Notes: generated from the sequence alone by a model not told the origin. A stretch of 32,000 bases of DNA from Opitutales bacterium (GCA_049606355.1 JBMYVL010000009.1:1-32000); one strand, 5' to 3'; positions 7,001 to 15,094 are shown, numbered from the stretch's first letter. Numbers and translations: made by a program.

Positions 7001-9634
7001 GCAGACCTGACCGCTGCCCGGCTCTCGGTCGCGGAGGCCGCCGGCGCTACAGAAGGCTTCAAAATCATCCGTATTAAGGGGGAGGCAGGCACCCTGGAAC
7101 TCACCGGATATGATCCGATCGGATTTGCGGACGATGGTAGCGCAAGCAACGATTATATCGATTTCGTGACCGGAGCGCACGGCCGCTTGGTTACCACTCA
7201 AAGTGCCGCTTACTTTTCGGCGCTATGGGATAGTGGCCAACTGCGGATCGATGGCGCAGCCGGTGCTCCGGGTGCGTTCGACAGTTCCCCATTTCAGTTC
7301 ATTGCACTGGGGGATGGTCGCTACGCCCTCGAACTCGAGAGTGGTATAACGCCACCGCCCACGCCGAAGGAGCACATCACCTCCGGCCCGAACTTCATTA
7401 TCATCGTGCCCGATGACCACCGCTGGGATGCCACTAGCTTTTTGCAAAACCGCATCGTTTCCGACTTCGGTCGGATTCAGCGCTATCCCTATCTGACCGG
7501 CCCGGATCGCACGCCAAACATGGATCGCCTCGCCACCGAAGGGTTGTATTTTGACAACGGCTTTGTGACGTATTCGCTGTGCTCGCCATCGCGCGCCACC
7601 ATGCTGACCGGGGTCCAACCCTTTGTGCATGGCATCACTGCCAACGCGGACGAGTTTGATGTGAATGACGATACCTATGCCAAGCGGATGCAGGCCGCCG
7701 GTTGGTCGACCGGTTATTTCGGTAAATGGCACATGGGTAAGCAGACGGAGCGTCCCGGTTTTGACCACGTGCGTACCTTCTATGGGCAGGGCTCGTATTA
7801 TGAGGCGTCTTTTTACGACGAAGACAGCAATCTGGTACAAACCACAGGAGCCCGTAACACCAGTGGCGGGTCCGATGAGGACAACTGGGTGGACAAGGTG
7901 TCGACGGATTATCTGCTCAATTACCTCAATGCCTGCTACGCGGCAGATGAGCGTTTTCTGGCCTTCCTCGGCTTTAAGACGCCGCACGACCCGCGGGTGT
8001 CCGATGGTGTCAGTAATGCCCCGGTTGCCTCGAGCTCCGCCGCGAATTTCCGTGGGCTGTTTAGCGGCGTCACGCAGGTGGATGTGCCCAATTCGCTAAG
8101 CCAAAACGGCGATGCGCCCGTATGGAAGCCCAATACGAATCAGGGCCACGGCGGCAGCAACACGGAAGCCTACATGGAGCTGATTGCGGGGATCGACCAT
8201 CAGGTCGGTCGCGTCCTCGACAAACTGGATGCGCTTGGCATCGCCGAGAATACCGTCGTCATCTACATTTCTGACAATGGCTATTTTCGAGGCGAGCACG
8301 GGCTGGGGGACAAGCGCGCCGGCTATGAGGAAAGCCTCCGCGTGCCGTTTATGATTCGCTACCCGGCCATTCAGCCGGCAGGTGCCGGCCTGCTGCCGAC
8401 GGCGAAGATTGGCCTCAATTTGGACATTGCGCCGACGATTCTGGATATCGCCGGTCTCCCCGTCCCGCAACACATGCAGGGGCGCAGCCTGAAACCTTTA
8501 CTCGAAGGCACGGTGCCGAGCGATTGGCGCGAGTCCTTTGTCTTTAGTTACGTCGACGATCCGGAGTATGCGGCGACGGACCCTGCCGATATGGTGGGTA
8601 TTCGTACTGAGTCGGGCTATAAATTGATTCGCTATGCGGAGGACTCGGGCTGGGATGAGCTCTTCGATGTGCGTGCCGCCGCGCCGAACGATGCGAAGTA
8701 CGAAAACAACAACTACATCGCCGATTCCACTTACGCCGCCACCTTGGCGGACTTACAGCGAGACTTGGAGCTCGGCTTGCGTGCCAGTGGCCTCATGGAT
8801 ACGGTAGCGACGCGTACCAGCCGCCTGCCTTTTGAGACCGATTTCATCGCAGGCGACCGCTACCCCTTCCTGGTCGAGAAGTCCGCGGATCTCCAGAATT
8901 GGCAGACGACCGCCGCATTTGAGGGCAGTGGCGAAGTCGCGACCCTCGATCTCTCGGGTGGGGCGCCAGCCGCCTGGGACATCAGCGTGATCGGTGCGGC
9001 AGCCGACTACGCCATTCGCTACAATCCGCTGACCGAGACCACCGATGCGCTCGCGTCGGGCGAGGCGGTCCTCCAGTTCGGCGGCAAAGTCGAGACCGAT
9101 CGAAATGATGGCTATGATGCGGTGCTGGTCTTCGAACTGCCGGTACTCCCCGCCAATACTGTTCTCACCGCCGCGCAGTTGGAGATCTACGCGAGTCGAC
9201 AATGGGCACTGTACGATGCCGACCTCTGGGCGATCGGCATCCAGGCGGATACGACGCCACTCCTTGAGTATCACGAACACGAACCCTTTGCCGGTAATGT
9301 GAAGCTTCAGGACCGCTTGATGGATCATGGACTCGCTGCCGTGCCGACGTATACCACGGTGACCTCGAGCTTGGCCAATGGCCTGGCTCCCTATCTCCGC
9401 GAGTTCTATCAGGCCAACCCCGGTTACAGTGGGGGCCACTATCTTTTCCTGCGGATCAACAGCGATATTAACGTACGCGATCTGGCGCTGGAAGGAAATG
9501 ATGGTCGTAACTTCCGCGTGAGCTCGGCGAACAGCGCTTCAAACAAGCCCGTGCTGCACCTCTCGCACACGCCACCGTCTGCAGGGGAGCAGGAGTTCTA
9601 TCGCATCCGCTACGGCCTACCGACAGCACCCTGA
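4049..9634 (+). CDS. Giant secreted multidomain protein (1861 aa). Domain order is signal peptide, lectin-like module, Pro11 linker, sulfatase domain 1, unknown spacer, sulfatase domain 2, unknown C-terminal domain.
   Basis: - The signal peptide is MMLQPFSFCVALAALAALVVGRPTASAQA.
- The module at 4136..4732 is paralogous to the gene at 10090.
- An 11-Pro run occupies 4742..4774.
- Sulfatase 1 spans about 4841..6620. Its signatures are NVVIFIADDMGIGD, TCSPTRISLLSG (Cys codon 5006..5008), YGKWHMA, FIFTSDNGAD, and KGSRWEGGSRVPFIAAWP.
- Sulfatase 2 spans about 7388..8800. Its signatures are NFIIIVPDDHRWD, LCSPSRATMLTG (Cys codon 7580..7582), FGKWHMG, and YISDNGYFRGEHGLGDKRAGYEESLRVPFMI. Confidence 0.9.
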   Translation: MMLQPFSFCVALAALAALVVGRPTASAQAVLFSDNFDSIVSAGSDYISGAGEYSYGYDSTPSGSATKAINYDQWARQGQNSIASDIDGDGDRELRPNKDGANNAKLWGIILNPSHFAGYGGQTLTIRMDLIGADPGNTRIFLAAANGYDASGSNTLFMDVTQGGFGTYTSASGTGSTTVTQLFEYQIPDETVGGSWSREFTYTEGDALILTFGSYNSSYAFDNLSISDASAPPPPPPPPPPPVDFDPNPDGGVEPAPLPSLDPAPNVVIFIADDMGIGDTSAYQDLTGNADSVQIDTPEMERLANLGTRFTDAHTNGATCSPTRISLLSGTYSFRSPLKTAAVQDTNHTHGVILPGRRTTIAHMLQRAGYRTYGYGKWHMALRGDAGADTNSDGILDQTGTGIVYEGPIESGFDTYTGTPGNFSYAGAMLQDKQYVRFGSAAPNDYSLVPINDPSAQPWLGQGPNQPTDPNLYKVQPAVFEKLQSDLANHMDSQADEPFFIYYASHSNHDPWVPANYEPDHPDGPRASLNDTIIDTNVTKAGGMIEIATVPDSSGDGIPDPDYSLYDGNGTSWIWNDALRVKMWDHVTEVDAQGNITVNGPTNRAMMVQENDVIVGYLLDFLEQTDDPRNPGHKLIDNTIFIFTSDNGADAKSEAAVGALPQSSDGVITDLTGFKGSRWEGGSRVPFIAAWPNPADANQASGIPAGATSSAIFGLNDVYATLAEAIGHRLHPEEAVDSESLLPAWTAGQGGTVRSTDLLSKFQQRIFSRRGEFKLAALDSDFPGSLTVEQARQDRFADNNELDFDDMVIDTGQWAQYVRKFVDLSNDLSELNDLGATSMANDMLASLQTLTTQGYSREGASDFENGLNFEGGDLQTASNWHAYKSSRNDQLPSGETPGILAEDGSASGDLNALTLVHRAGTLSYNPGTSGGLSNSHYELDGGRLNVSDDLRLSNARMELYRGQVNLGFNELQLTGSNAVVILSGADLTAARLSVAEAAGATEGFKIIRIKGEAGTLELTGYDPIGFADDGSASNDYIDFVTGAHGRLVTTQSAAYFSALWDSGQLRIDGAAGAPGAFDSSPFQFIALGDGRYALELESGITPPPTPKEHITSGPNFIIIVPDDHRWDATSFLQNRIVSDFGRIQRYPYLTGPDRTPNMDRLATEGLYFDNGFVTYSLCSPSRATMLTGVQPFVHGITANADEFDVNDDTYAKRMQAAGWSTGYFGKWHMGKQTERPGFDHVRTFYGQGSYYEASFYDEDSNLVQTTGARNTSGGSDEDNWVDKVSTDYLLNYLNACYAADERFLAFLGFKTPHDPRVSDGVSNAPVASSSAANFRGLFSGVTQVDVPNSLSQNGDAPVWKPNTNQGHGGSNTEAYMELIAGIDHQVGRVLDKLDALGIAENTVVIYISDNGYFRGEHGLGDKRAGYEESLRVPFMIRYPAIQPAGAGLLPTAKIGLNLDIAPTILDIAGLPVPQHMQGRSLKPLLEGTVPSDWRESFVFSYVDDPEYAATDPADMVGIRTESGYKLIRYAEDSGWDELFDVRAAAPNDAKYENNNYIADSTYAATLADLQRDLELGLRASGLMDTVATRTSRLPFETDFIAGDRYPFLVEKSADLQNWQTTAAFEGSGEVATLDLSGGAPAAWDISVIGAAADYAIRYNPLTETTDALASGEAVLQFGGKVETDRNDGYDAVLVFELPVLPANTVLTAAQLEIYASRQWALYDADLWAIGIQADTTPLLEYHEHEPFAGNVKLQDRLMDHGLAAVPTYTTVTSSLANGLAPYLREFYQANPGYSGGHYLFLRINSDINVRDLALEGNDGRNFRVSSANSASNKPVLHLSHTPPSAGEQEFYRIRYGLPTAP
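4742..4774 (+). repeat. (CCN)11 low-complexity tract encoding 11 consecutive prolines, forming an interdomain linker.
   Basis: The tract ccg cca cca ccg cca ccg cca ccg ccg ccg cct is in frame with the CDS starting at 4049. The antisense ORF 4702..4995 reads it as poly-Gly and is an artefact. Confidence 0.95.
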
Positions 9635-9993
9635 TGGAGACACCATCGCATCTGCGGTCGCGGTCTCCTCTGCCAGCGGCGCTTGCGGGTGGGCTGCCCT
9701 GCCGCGCATCAACGGATGCGAGAGTGGGTGGGTCCCGCTGGGGCTCTGCTTTGCGCCCGAGTGTTTAGGATGGGCGCCCCGCTACGGCCTGCGACAAGCG
9801 CTTCGGTAGTCGTGTCGCCGCGTCGCAATGGGACGCTCGCTGGCAAAGAAGTGGAGACGAGCAGAAGAGAGGCGATAAGATGAATGTTTTATAGAAAAAA
9901 AGGTTACTTTTCGCTCAGCCAGCCCCATATTTATGAATTAAGTACTTGTTGGACAATGCCTTAATAAATTTTACGCAGTTTAAACTTTTTGGG

Positions 9994-10022
9994 TTGACTG
10001 AATTTATGACTTTTAGTTAATT
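9994..10022 (+). promoter_or_regulatory. Candidate promoter for the PEP-CTERM gene, inside a ~200-bp AT-rich stretch.
   Basis: TTGACT sits at 9994..9999, and TTAATT follows 17 nt downstream at 10017..10022. It is preceded by the AT-rich tttaaacttttt at 9979..9990. The -10 element is weak, so the call is tentative. Confidence 0.25.
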
Positions 10023-10089
10023 TTGTGGTTAATCCTAAATCCGTATTTCATAATACGTCTTTTATTAACCTACCCTCATTGATTACCCT

Positions 10090-10860
10090 ATGAAAAAACT
10101 AACCACCTCAGTCGCCTTAGTGGGCGCATTGTTTGTGACTTCGAGTGCATCGGCACAGACAGTTCTCTTCAGTGATGATTTTGACCCTACGTTTAGCGCC
10201 GGAGCTGAGTTCCTCAGCGGTGCTGGGCAGTATTCATTCGGCTACGACTCAACGCCATCCGGTGGCGCGACTAAAGCGATCAACAACTACGATCAATGGA
10301 TGCGCCAAGGTGCCAATTCCATCGCAAGTGACCTTGATTCGGATGGTGACTTGGAGCTGCGCCCCAATAAGGATACTGCTAACAACGGCAAAATGTGGAG
10401 TGTGATTCTCGACCCAGTTCACTTTGTGGGTCAGGGTGGTAACACACTTACCCTCAGTGTTGATTTGATCGGTGCTGACGACGGTGCGGCCCGTGTGTAC
10501 CTTTCGTCAGCTAGTGGTTATGACGCCACTGGTTCGAACGACTTGCTTGTAAAAGCTTCGCATGGTGGCTTAGCTACATCGAATGCATCCGGCACCGGCA
10601 GCACGGTTGTAACTGAGATCTTCGATGACGCTAATAATGGAGGCGGTATTGCAATTGCAGACACAACCGTCAGCGGAAGCTTTACGCAAGATTTCACCTA
10701 CACGGAAGGCGATGCACTGATCGTATCGTTCGGTGCGTACAACAGTGCGATTGGTTTTGATAATCTGTCTATTTCTGCTGTTCCAGAGCCGTCTTCATAC
10801 GCGCTGCTGGCAGGTGCCCTGGCGTTGACTTCGGTCATGCTGCGCCGCCGTCACGTATAA
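10090..10860 (+). CDS. PEP-CTERM-anchored surface protein with a lectin-like module, paralogous to the N-terminus of the giant sulfatase.
   Basis: - The signal peptide is MKKLTTSVALVGALFVTSSASAQ.
- The body (10162..10779) aligns by eye along its length with residues 30-228 of the protein starting at 4049.
- The C-terminus VPEPSSYALLAGALALTSVMLRRRHV (10780..10857) has the PEP motif, a hydrophobic helix and an Arg cluster. That is the PEP-CTERM exosortase sorting signal. Confidence 0.85.
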   Translation: MKKLTTSVALVGALFVTSSASAQTVLFSDDFDPTFSAGAEFLSGAGQYSFGYDSTPSGGATKAINNYDQWMRQGANSIASDLDSDGDLELRPNKDTANNGKMWSVILDPVHFVGQGGNTLTLSVDLIGADDGAARVYLSSASGYDATGSNDLLVKASHGGLATSNASGTGSTVVTEIFDDANNGGGIAIADTTVSGSFTQDFTYTEGDALIVSFGAYNSAIGFDNLSISAVPEPSSYALLAGALALTSVMLRRRHV

Positions 10861-10900
10861 GCTACTGGCTGAATTTTAAGGGATATGGGGATATTCCCTA

Positions 10901-10932
10901 AGAGGCGGACTTCGGTCCGCCTCTTTTTTTTT
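10901..10932 (+). terminator. Rho-independent terminator of the PEP-CTERM gene.
   Basis: The structure is gaggcggac-ttcg-gtccgcctc, a 9-bp GC-rich stem with a tetraloop, followed by nine T at 10924..10932. Confidence 0.85.
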
Positions 10933-10973
10933 AGCGTTTTCAAGTACTGGGTCGCGTGTGTAGCCTGGGGCAC

Positions 10974-11582
10974 ATGCAATGGATCATCGCCACGGGTAAC
11001 GTACACAAGGTCGAAGAGTTTGAAAGCTTACTGCACGGGCTCCCCGTTGAGTTACACTCAGCCGAGGTCTGTGGTGGTATGCCGCCGGTTGTAGAGGACG
11101 GCACAAGCTTTGTGGCCAATGCCCACAAAAAAGCCGCTGCGCTGCAGCGCGTGGCACCGCCGGGAGCTTGGATCCTGGCAGATGACTCGGGCTTGGAAGT
11201 CGATGCGCTGGAAGGGGCGCCGGGGGTGTATTCAGCGCGCTATGCGGGGCCGCAGGCGAGTGATGCGCAGAACGTCGCCAAGTTGCTCGACGCACTCCAG
11301 GAAGTCCCTGTGGCAGAGCGCGGCGCGCGCTTCCGCTGTGTGCTCTGTTTGATCGACCCGGATGGCTGGGTTACCCATTATGCGGGTGCCTGCGAAGGGC
11401 AGATCGCCAAGGGCAGCAGTGGCGCTGCCGGCTTTGGCTATGATCCGGTCTTTATACCGGCTGGTTATCGGCAGAGCTTTGCCGAGCTGGGGGATGTCGT
11501 GAAAAGCCAGCTCAGCCACCGCGCGCAGGCAGTTGCAGCCATGCGCGCAGTGCTTGAAGGTTCGGAGCTTGCAGACGCTTAG
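10974..11582 (+). CDS. rdgB: dITP/XTP pyrophosphatase (non-canonical purine NTP pyrophosphatase, RdgB/HAM1 family).
   Basis: Signatures are [64 protein letters not shown] and SFAEL...SHRAQA. The tracked ORF starts at GTG 10956, but the ATG at 10974 gives the canonical N-terminus. Confidence 0.85.
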   Translation: MQWIIATGNVHKVEEFESLLHGLPVELHSAEVCGGMPPVVEDGTSFVANAHKKAAALQRVAPPGAWILADDSGLEVDALEGAPGVYSARYAGPQASDAQNVAKLLDALQEVPVAERGARFRCVLCLIDPDGWVTHYAGACEGQIAKGSSGAAGFGYDPVFIPAGYRQSFAELGDVVKSQLSHRAQAVAAMRAVLEGSELADA

Positions 11583-13630
11583 GTCGGCTCCACCCACTTG
11601 CCGTGCGCCTGAATCAGCTCGATGAGGCGATCGAGTGCTTCGTTGGCGGGTACATTGTAGGCAACGCAGTCCTTGCCGACATAGAGATTGATCTTGCCCG
11701 GTGCGCCACCGACATAACCGAAATCAGCATCTGCCATTTCGCCGGGGCCATTGACGATGCAACCCATGATCGCAATGGTCACGCCTTTCAGGTGGTCGGT
11801 GCGGGCACGGATGGTTTGGGTCACGCTTTGTAGGTCAAAGAGCGTGCGGCCGCAGCTGGGGCAGGCGACGAATTCGGTTTTGGAGATACGTGCCCGGGCG
11901 CCCTGGAGGATGTTGTAGGCGAGGCTCGTGCCCTTATCGAGGCGTGGCTCCGTTTCGATACTAATCGCATCGCCGATGCCGTCGCAGAGCAGGGCACCGC
12001 TCAAGATGCTGGCTTCGATCAGGCGGTCGCTGAAAAAATCACGTGGAGCGAGCGTATTGGCGGCAGTGTTGCGCAGCCAGATCGGTACATCCGGCAAGTA
12101 GCTTTGGCTCACTGCGTGCAGTGCGCGATAATGCCCTACGGCATGGCTGTCGTCGTCGGGGCGCCGGCAACACAAGACTAAGCCTGCTGTGCCCATCGGC
12201 TGTAGTTGCGCGCCGACGGCTTCGCGCAGGGCTTGAGCGCTGCAGTCGAGGGCCAGATTGAAGCCATGTTCGCGGCAAAAGTGCAGGAGCTGGGCAGCGT
12301 AGTACGCGTCTTCCGCGGCGACCGTCTGTAATAGGGTAATGCCAGCCATGCCGTCCGGCCAGGTGTAGCGCTCCAGGTCGCTGAGGTCGATGGCCGCGCC
12401 GAGCTCTAAAATAAAGCATTGTACGACACTGTGCAGGGCCTCGTGCAGCCCGCTAAAGGCCTGCAGATCGTCCGTGTGATCGATGGCGACTTGTAAGCCT
12501 TCCAGGCGGCTCTCTTTGAGTTGAGTCTGGGTCTGGCATACCGCTTGAATGATGCCGGCCGCATCGCTCAGCGGCTCGGCCGCTTTGACGATCACTGCGG
12601 GTGCTGCGTCTCCGCCGATACGGCATTGCGGCCCAAGCTCCAGCACACGCGCCTGCCGGCGCTTGAATTGGTAGGGGTCGATCGAATCCTTGCTTTCGGG
12701 GTAGGGTGCCGGGCGCTGTTGCCACAGGGCCATTGCCTTATCCGCTAAATCGCGGGCTACCGGAATCTCGTAAATTGGGTCTTCGGTGAGTGAAACGCGC
12801 AGGGTGTCGCCGAGGCCATCGTTGAGCAGCGAGCCAATTCCGATGGCACTTTTGACACGGGCGTCTTCGCCATCCCCGGCTTCGGTCACGCCGAGGTGAA
12901 GCGGGTAGTGCATGTCCTCTTGTTGCATGCGGGCGACTGCCAAGCGATAGGCCTCAATCATTACCTTCGGATTGCTGGCTTTCATCGAGAGGCAAAGATT
13001 GCGGTAGCCGTGACTCTCTGCGATGCGAATAAACTCCAGCGCGCTCTCCACCATGCCGAGGGGCGTATCGCCGTAGCGATTCATGATGCGATCGGAGAGT
13101 GAACCGTGGTTCGTGCCAATGCGCATCGCGCGACCCAGTTCCTTACAGCGGCAAATGATCGGCGAGACCGATTCGTAGAGGCGCTCCAGTTCCTCGTTGT
13201 ATGCGGCATCGCTGTATTCCTGAACGGCGAATTTCTTTTTATCGGCGTAATTGCCGGGGTTGATACGCACCTTGTCAACATGCTTGGCAGCTTCCATCGC
13301 CGCAGCAGGCAGAAAGTGAATATCTGCCACGAGCGGTACCTCGCACTTCGCCGCGCGTACTTCCTTGGCAATCGCGCCCAGTGCGGCTGCGGCTTTTTTA
13401 TTCGGTGCCGTGATCCGCACAATCTCACAGCCGGCCTCGGCGAGAGCCAGCGTCTGCCGCACGGTTGCCGCGATATCCTGTGTGTTGGTGGTCGTCATCG
13501 ACTGCACCCGCAGGGGGTGGTGGCCGCCAATCCCGACACCGCCGACGGTGACGACCGAGCTGAGGCGGCGGACTGCCTGAAAGCGTGATGCACAATAATC
13601 GACTGCGGTGGCGGATGGGGTGCTCATCAT
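11579..13630 (-). CDS. ispG: 4-hydroxy-3-methylbut-2-enyl diphosphate synthase, long form with an inserted A*-type domain.
   Basis: - The TIM-barrel domain shows [22 protein letters not shown] and RINPGN...GTNHGSL.
- The Fe-S domain shows [14 protein letters not shown] and [22 protein letters not shown].
- About 275 aa (roughly residues 296-570, nt 11921..12745) lie between positions that are contiguous in the 372-aa E. coli enzyme. Confidence 0.95.
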   Translation of the reverse strand: MMSTPSATAVDYCASRFQAVRRLSSVVTVGGVGIGGHHPLRVQSMTTTNTQDIAATVRQTLALAEAGCEIVRITAPNKKAAAALGAIAKEVRAAKCEVPLVADIHFLPAAAMEAAKHVDKVRINPGNYADKKKFAVQEYSDAAYNEELERLYESVSPIICRCKELGRAMRIGTNHGSLSDRIMNRYGDTPLGMVESALEFIRIAESHGYRNLCLSMKASNPKVMIEAYRLAVARMQQEDMHYPLHLGVTEAGDGEDARVKSAIGIGSLLNDGLGDTLRVSLTEDPIYEIPVARDLADKAMALWQQRPAPYPESKDSIDPYQFKRRQARVLELGPQCRIGGDAAPAVIVKAAEPLSDAAGIIQAVCQTQTQLKESRLEGLQVAIDHTDDLQAFSGLHEALHSVVQCFILELGAAIDLSDLERYTWPDGMAGITLLQTVAAEDAYYAAQLLHFCREHGFNLALDCSAQALREAVGAQLQPMGTAGLVLCCRRPDDDSHAVGHYRALHAVSQSYLPDVPIWLRNTAANTLAPRDFFSDRLIEASILSGALLCDGIGDAISIETEPRLDKGTSLAYNILQGARARISKTEFVACPSCGRTLFDLQSVTQTIRARTDHLKGVTIAIMGCIVNGPGEMADADFGYVGGAPGKINLYVGKDCVAYNVPANEALDRLIELIQAHGKWVEPT

Positions 13631-13651
13631 CTCAATACGTATGGGCTTGGG

Positions 13652-15094
13652 CTAAGGCGTAAGCCCTGCGTCGTCAGCTGGCTCAGCGGGAGTCTCAACG
13701 GGTGCCTCATCTTTGATCAAACCGGCACTCCGCCCAACTCGACCGATGTCGAAGAAACTCACATAGGCGACAAAAGCCAGTAGCAGGAGCACAAAAGCAA
13801 ACTGTACGCGCTCCATCAGCTTGCGCGGTAGGGGGCGTCCGATGAGTTTGGCGATGGTCGCAAACAGCATGTGGCCGCCATCGAGCACCGGGATCGGTAA
13901 GAGATTAAACAGCGCCAAGTTGACGTTGATCAGCGCCAGGAACCAAATCAGGTCGACCCAGCCGTAGCGAGCCATCGTACTCAAGCCATGCACGATGCCA
14001 ACCGGGCCGCTCATATTACGCACTTTAACATCCGAATCTCGGTGGATCAGCGCGTACAGGGTCTGGCGCATGGTATTGGCAAATTGCAGCATTTGTTCGG
14101 CAGGATTGTAATGCACGCGCTCGGTCTTGAAGGGATAGTCGTAAGCGAAGCCGAAGCGTGGCAATTGTTCGCCCGCTTTGATGCGTGGCTGCACCGGTAT
14201 GACGATGGTGTCGCCGTCACGCTCGACGGTAATCGCAATGCTGCGATCGCCGTGGTTGGCTAAATAAGTGCTTAAGAAACCGCTTGAGATCACGCGCTCA
14301 CCGTCGAGCTCCAGGATGCGATCGCCGGTTTGCAGGCCGGCTGCCAAGCCGGGCATATCGGACTCCAAGTATACGATCATCGGGGCGGCATTGCGATCCG
14401 AGATCGGATATATGCCAAGGTGACGAATGCCTTCGGTGGAGACTGTTTCGGGATAAGCCGTGAGCGTCAGGCTTGCTCCATCGCGTAGAATGCCGAGTTC
14501 GACAACGGCCCGGCCATCCTGTGTGCGACCGGTACTGGTCATCAATGCATTTTGGTACTGCATCCAATTGCCGATGGCTTGCCCATCGACACTGAGGATC
14601 GTATCGCCTTTTTGAATACCGGCGGCTTGTGCGGGACCGACAACGGTCTGTTTGTCGGTATTGATAACCGTCTCGGCGATATAGCCGACTTCGGTAGTTT
14701 TGATGATTTCTCGACCGACACCCCATAACAGCAGCGAGAGAATGAAGGCGAGGATCAGGTTGCACACCGCACCCATCAGCGCGACGATCATTTTATCGGC
14801 ATACGAAATGGGCGGTAGTGTGGCACTGTCAGTGTCTTCGGCGCCCTCGAGTCGGCCCATGTCAGCAAGTTGCGGCAGAGAGACATAACCGCCGAGTGGT
14901 AGCAGTGAGACGCGAAAGTCAGTGCCGTACTTGTGCCAGCCAAACAAGCGGGGACCAAAACCGATGGAAAAGCGATCGGCGATGAGGCCGCGTTTCTTCG
15001 CGGCTAAGAAATGGCCGAGCTCGTGAATGAAAATGGAGAAGCCCAGGCAAAACAGGGCAATTGCGATAAACCAAAGATTTGTCAGGAGGGACAT
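13652..15094 (-). CDS. rseP: RIP site-2 zinc metalloprotease with PDZ domains.
   Basis: It carries the HELGHFLAAK HExxH motif in the first transmembrane segment, central PDZ-like segments, a C-terminal NLLPIPVLDGGH motif, and the conserved position after dxr. Confidence 0.9.
   Translation of the reverse strand: MSLLTNLWFIAIALFCLGFSIFIHELGHFLAAKKRGLIADRFSIGFGPRLFGWHKYGTDFRVSLLPLGGYVSLPQLADMGRLEGAEDTDSATLPPISYADKMIVALMGAVCNLILAFILSLLLWGVGREIIKTTEVGYIAETVINTDKQTVVGPAQAAGIQKGDTILSVDGQAIGNWMQYQNALMTSTGRTQDGRAVVELGILRDGASLTLTAYPETVSTEGIRHLGIYPISDRNAAPMIVYLESDMPGLAAGLQTGDRILELDGERVISSGFLSTYLANHGDRSIAITVERDGDTIVIPVQPRIKAGEQLPRFGFAYDYPFKTERVHYNPAEQMLQFANTMRQTLYALIHRDSDVKVRNMSGPVGIVHGLSTMARYGWVDLIWFLALINVNLALFNLLPIPVLDGGHMLFATIAKLIGRPLPRKLMERVQFAFVLLLLAFVAYVSFFDIGRVGRSAGLIKDEAPVETPAEPADDAGLTP

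Noticed and set aside
9683-9883. A 66-aa ORF in the intergenic region after the giant sulfatase gene.
   Set aside because: Its composition is Arg-, Ala- and Pro-rich. It has no ribosome-binding context and no motif, and the tracked start is a non-ATG codon. I treat the region as non-coding, or possibly a remnant.
11579-11582. The rdgB and ispG stop codons overlap on opposite strands within TTAG: TAG on the + strand and TTA, read as TAA, on the - strand.
   Set aside because: The overlap is real but trivial. Tight convergent packing with no room for a terminator is common in compact genomes, and I see no functional implication.
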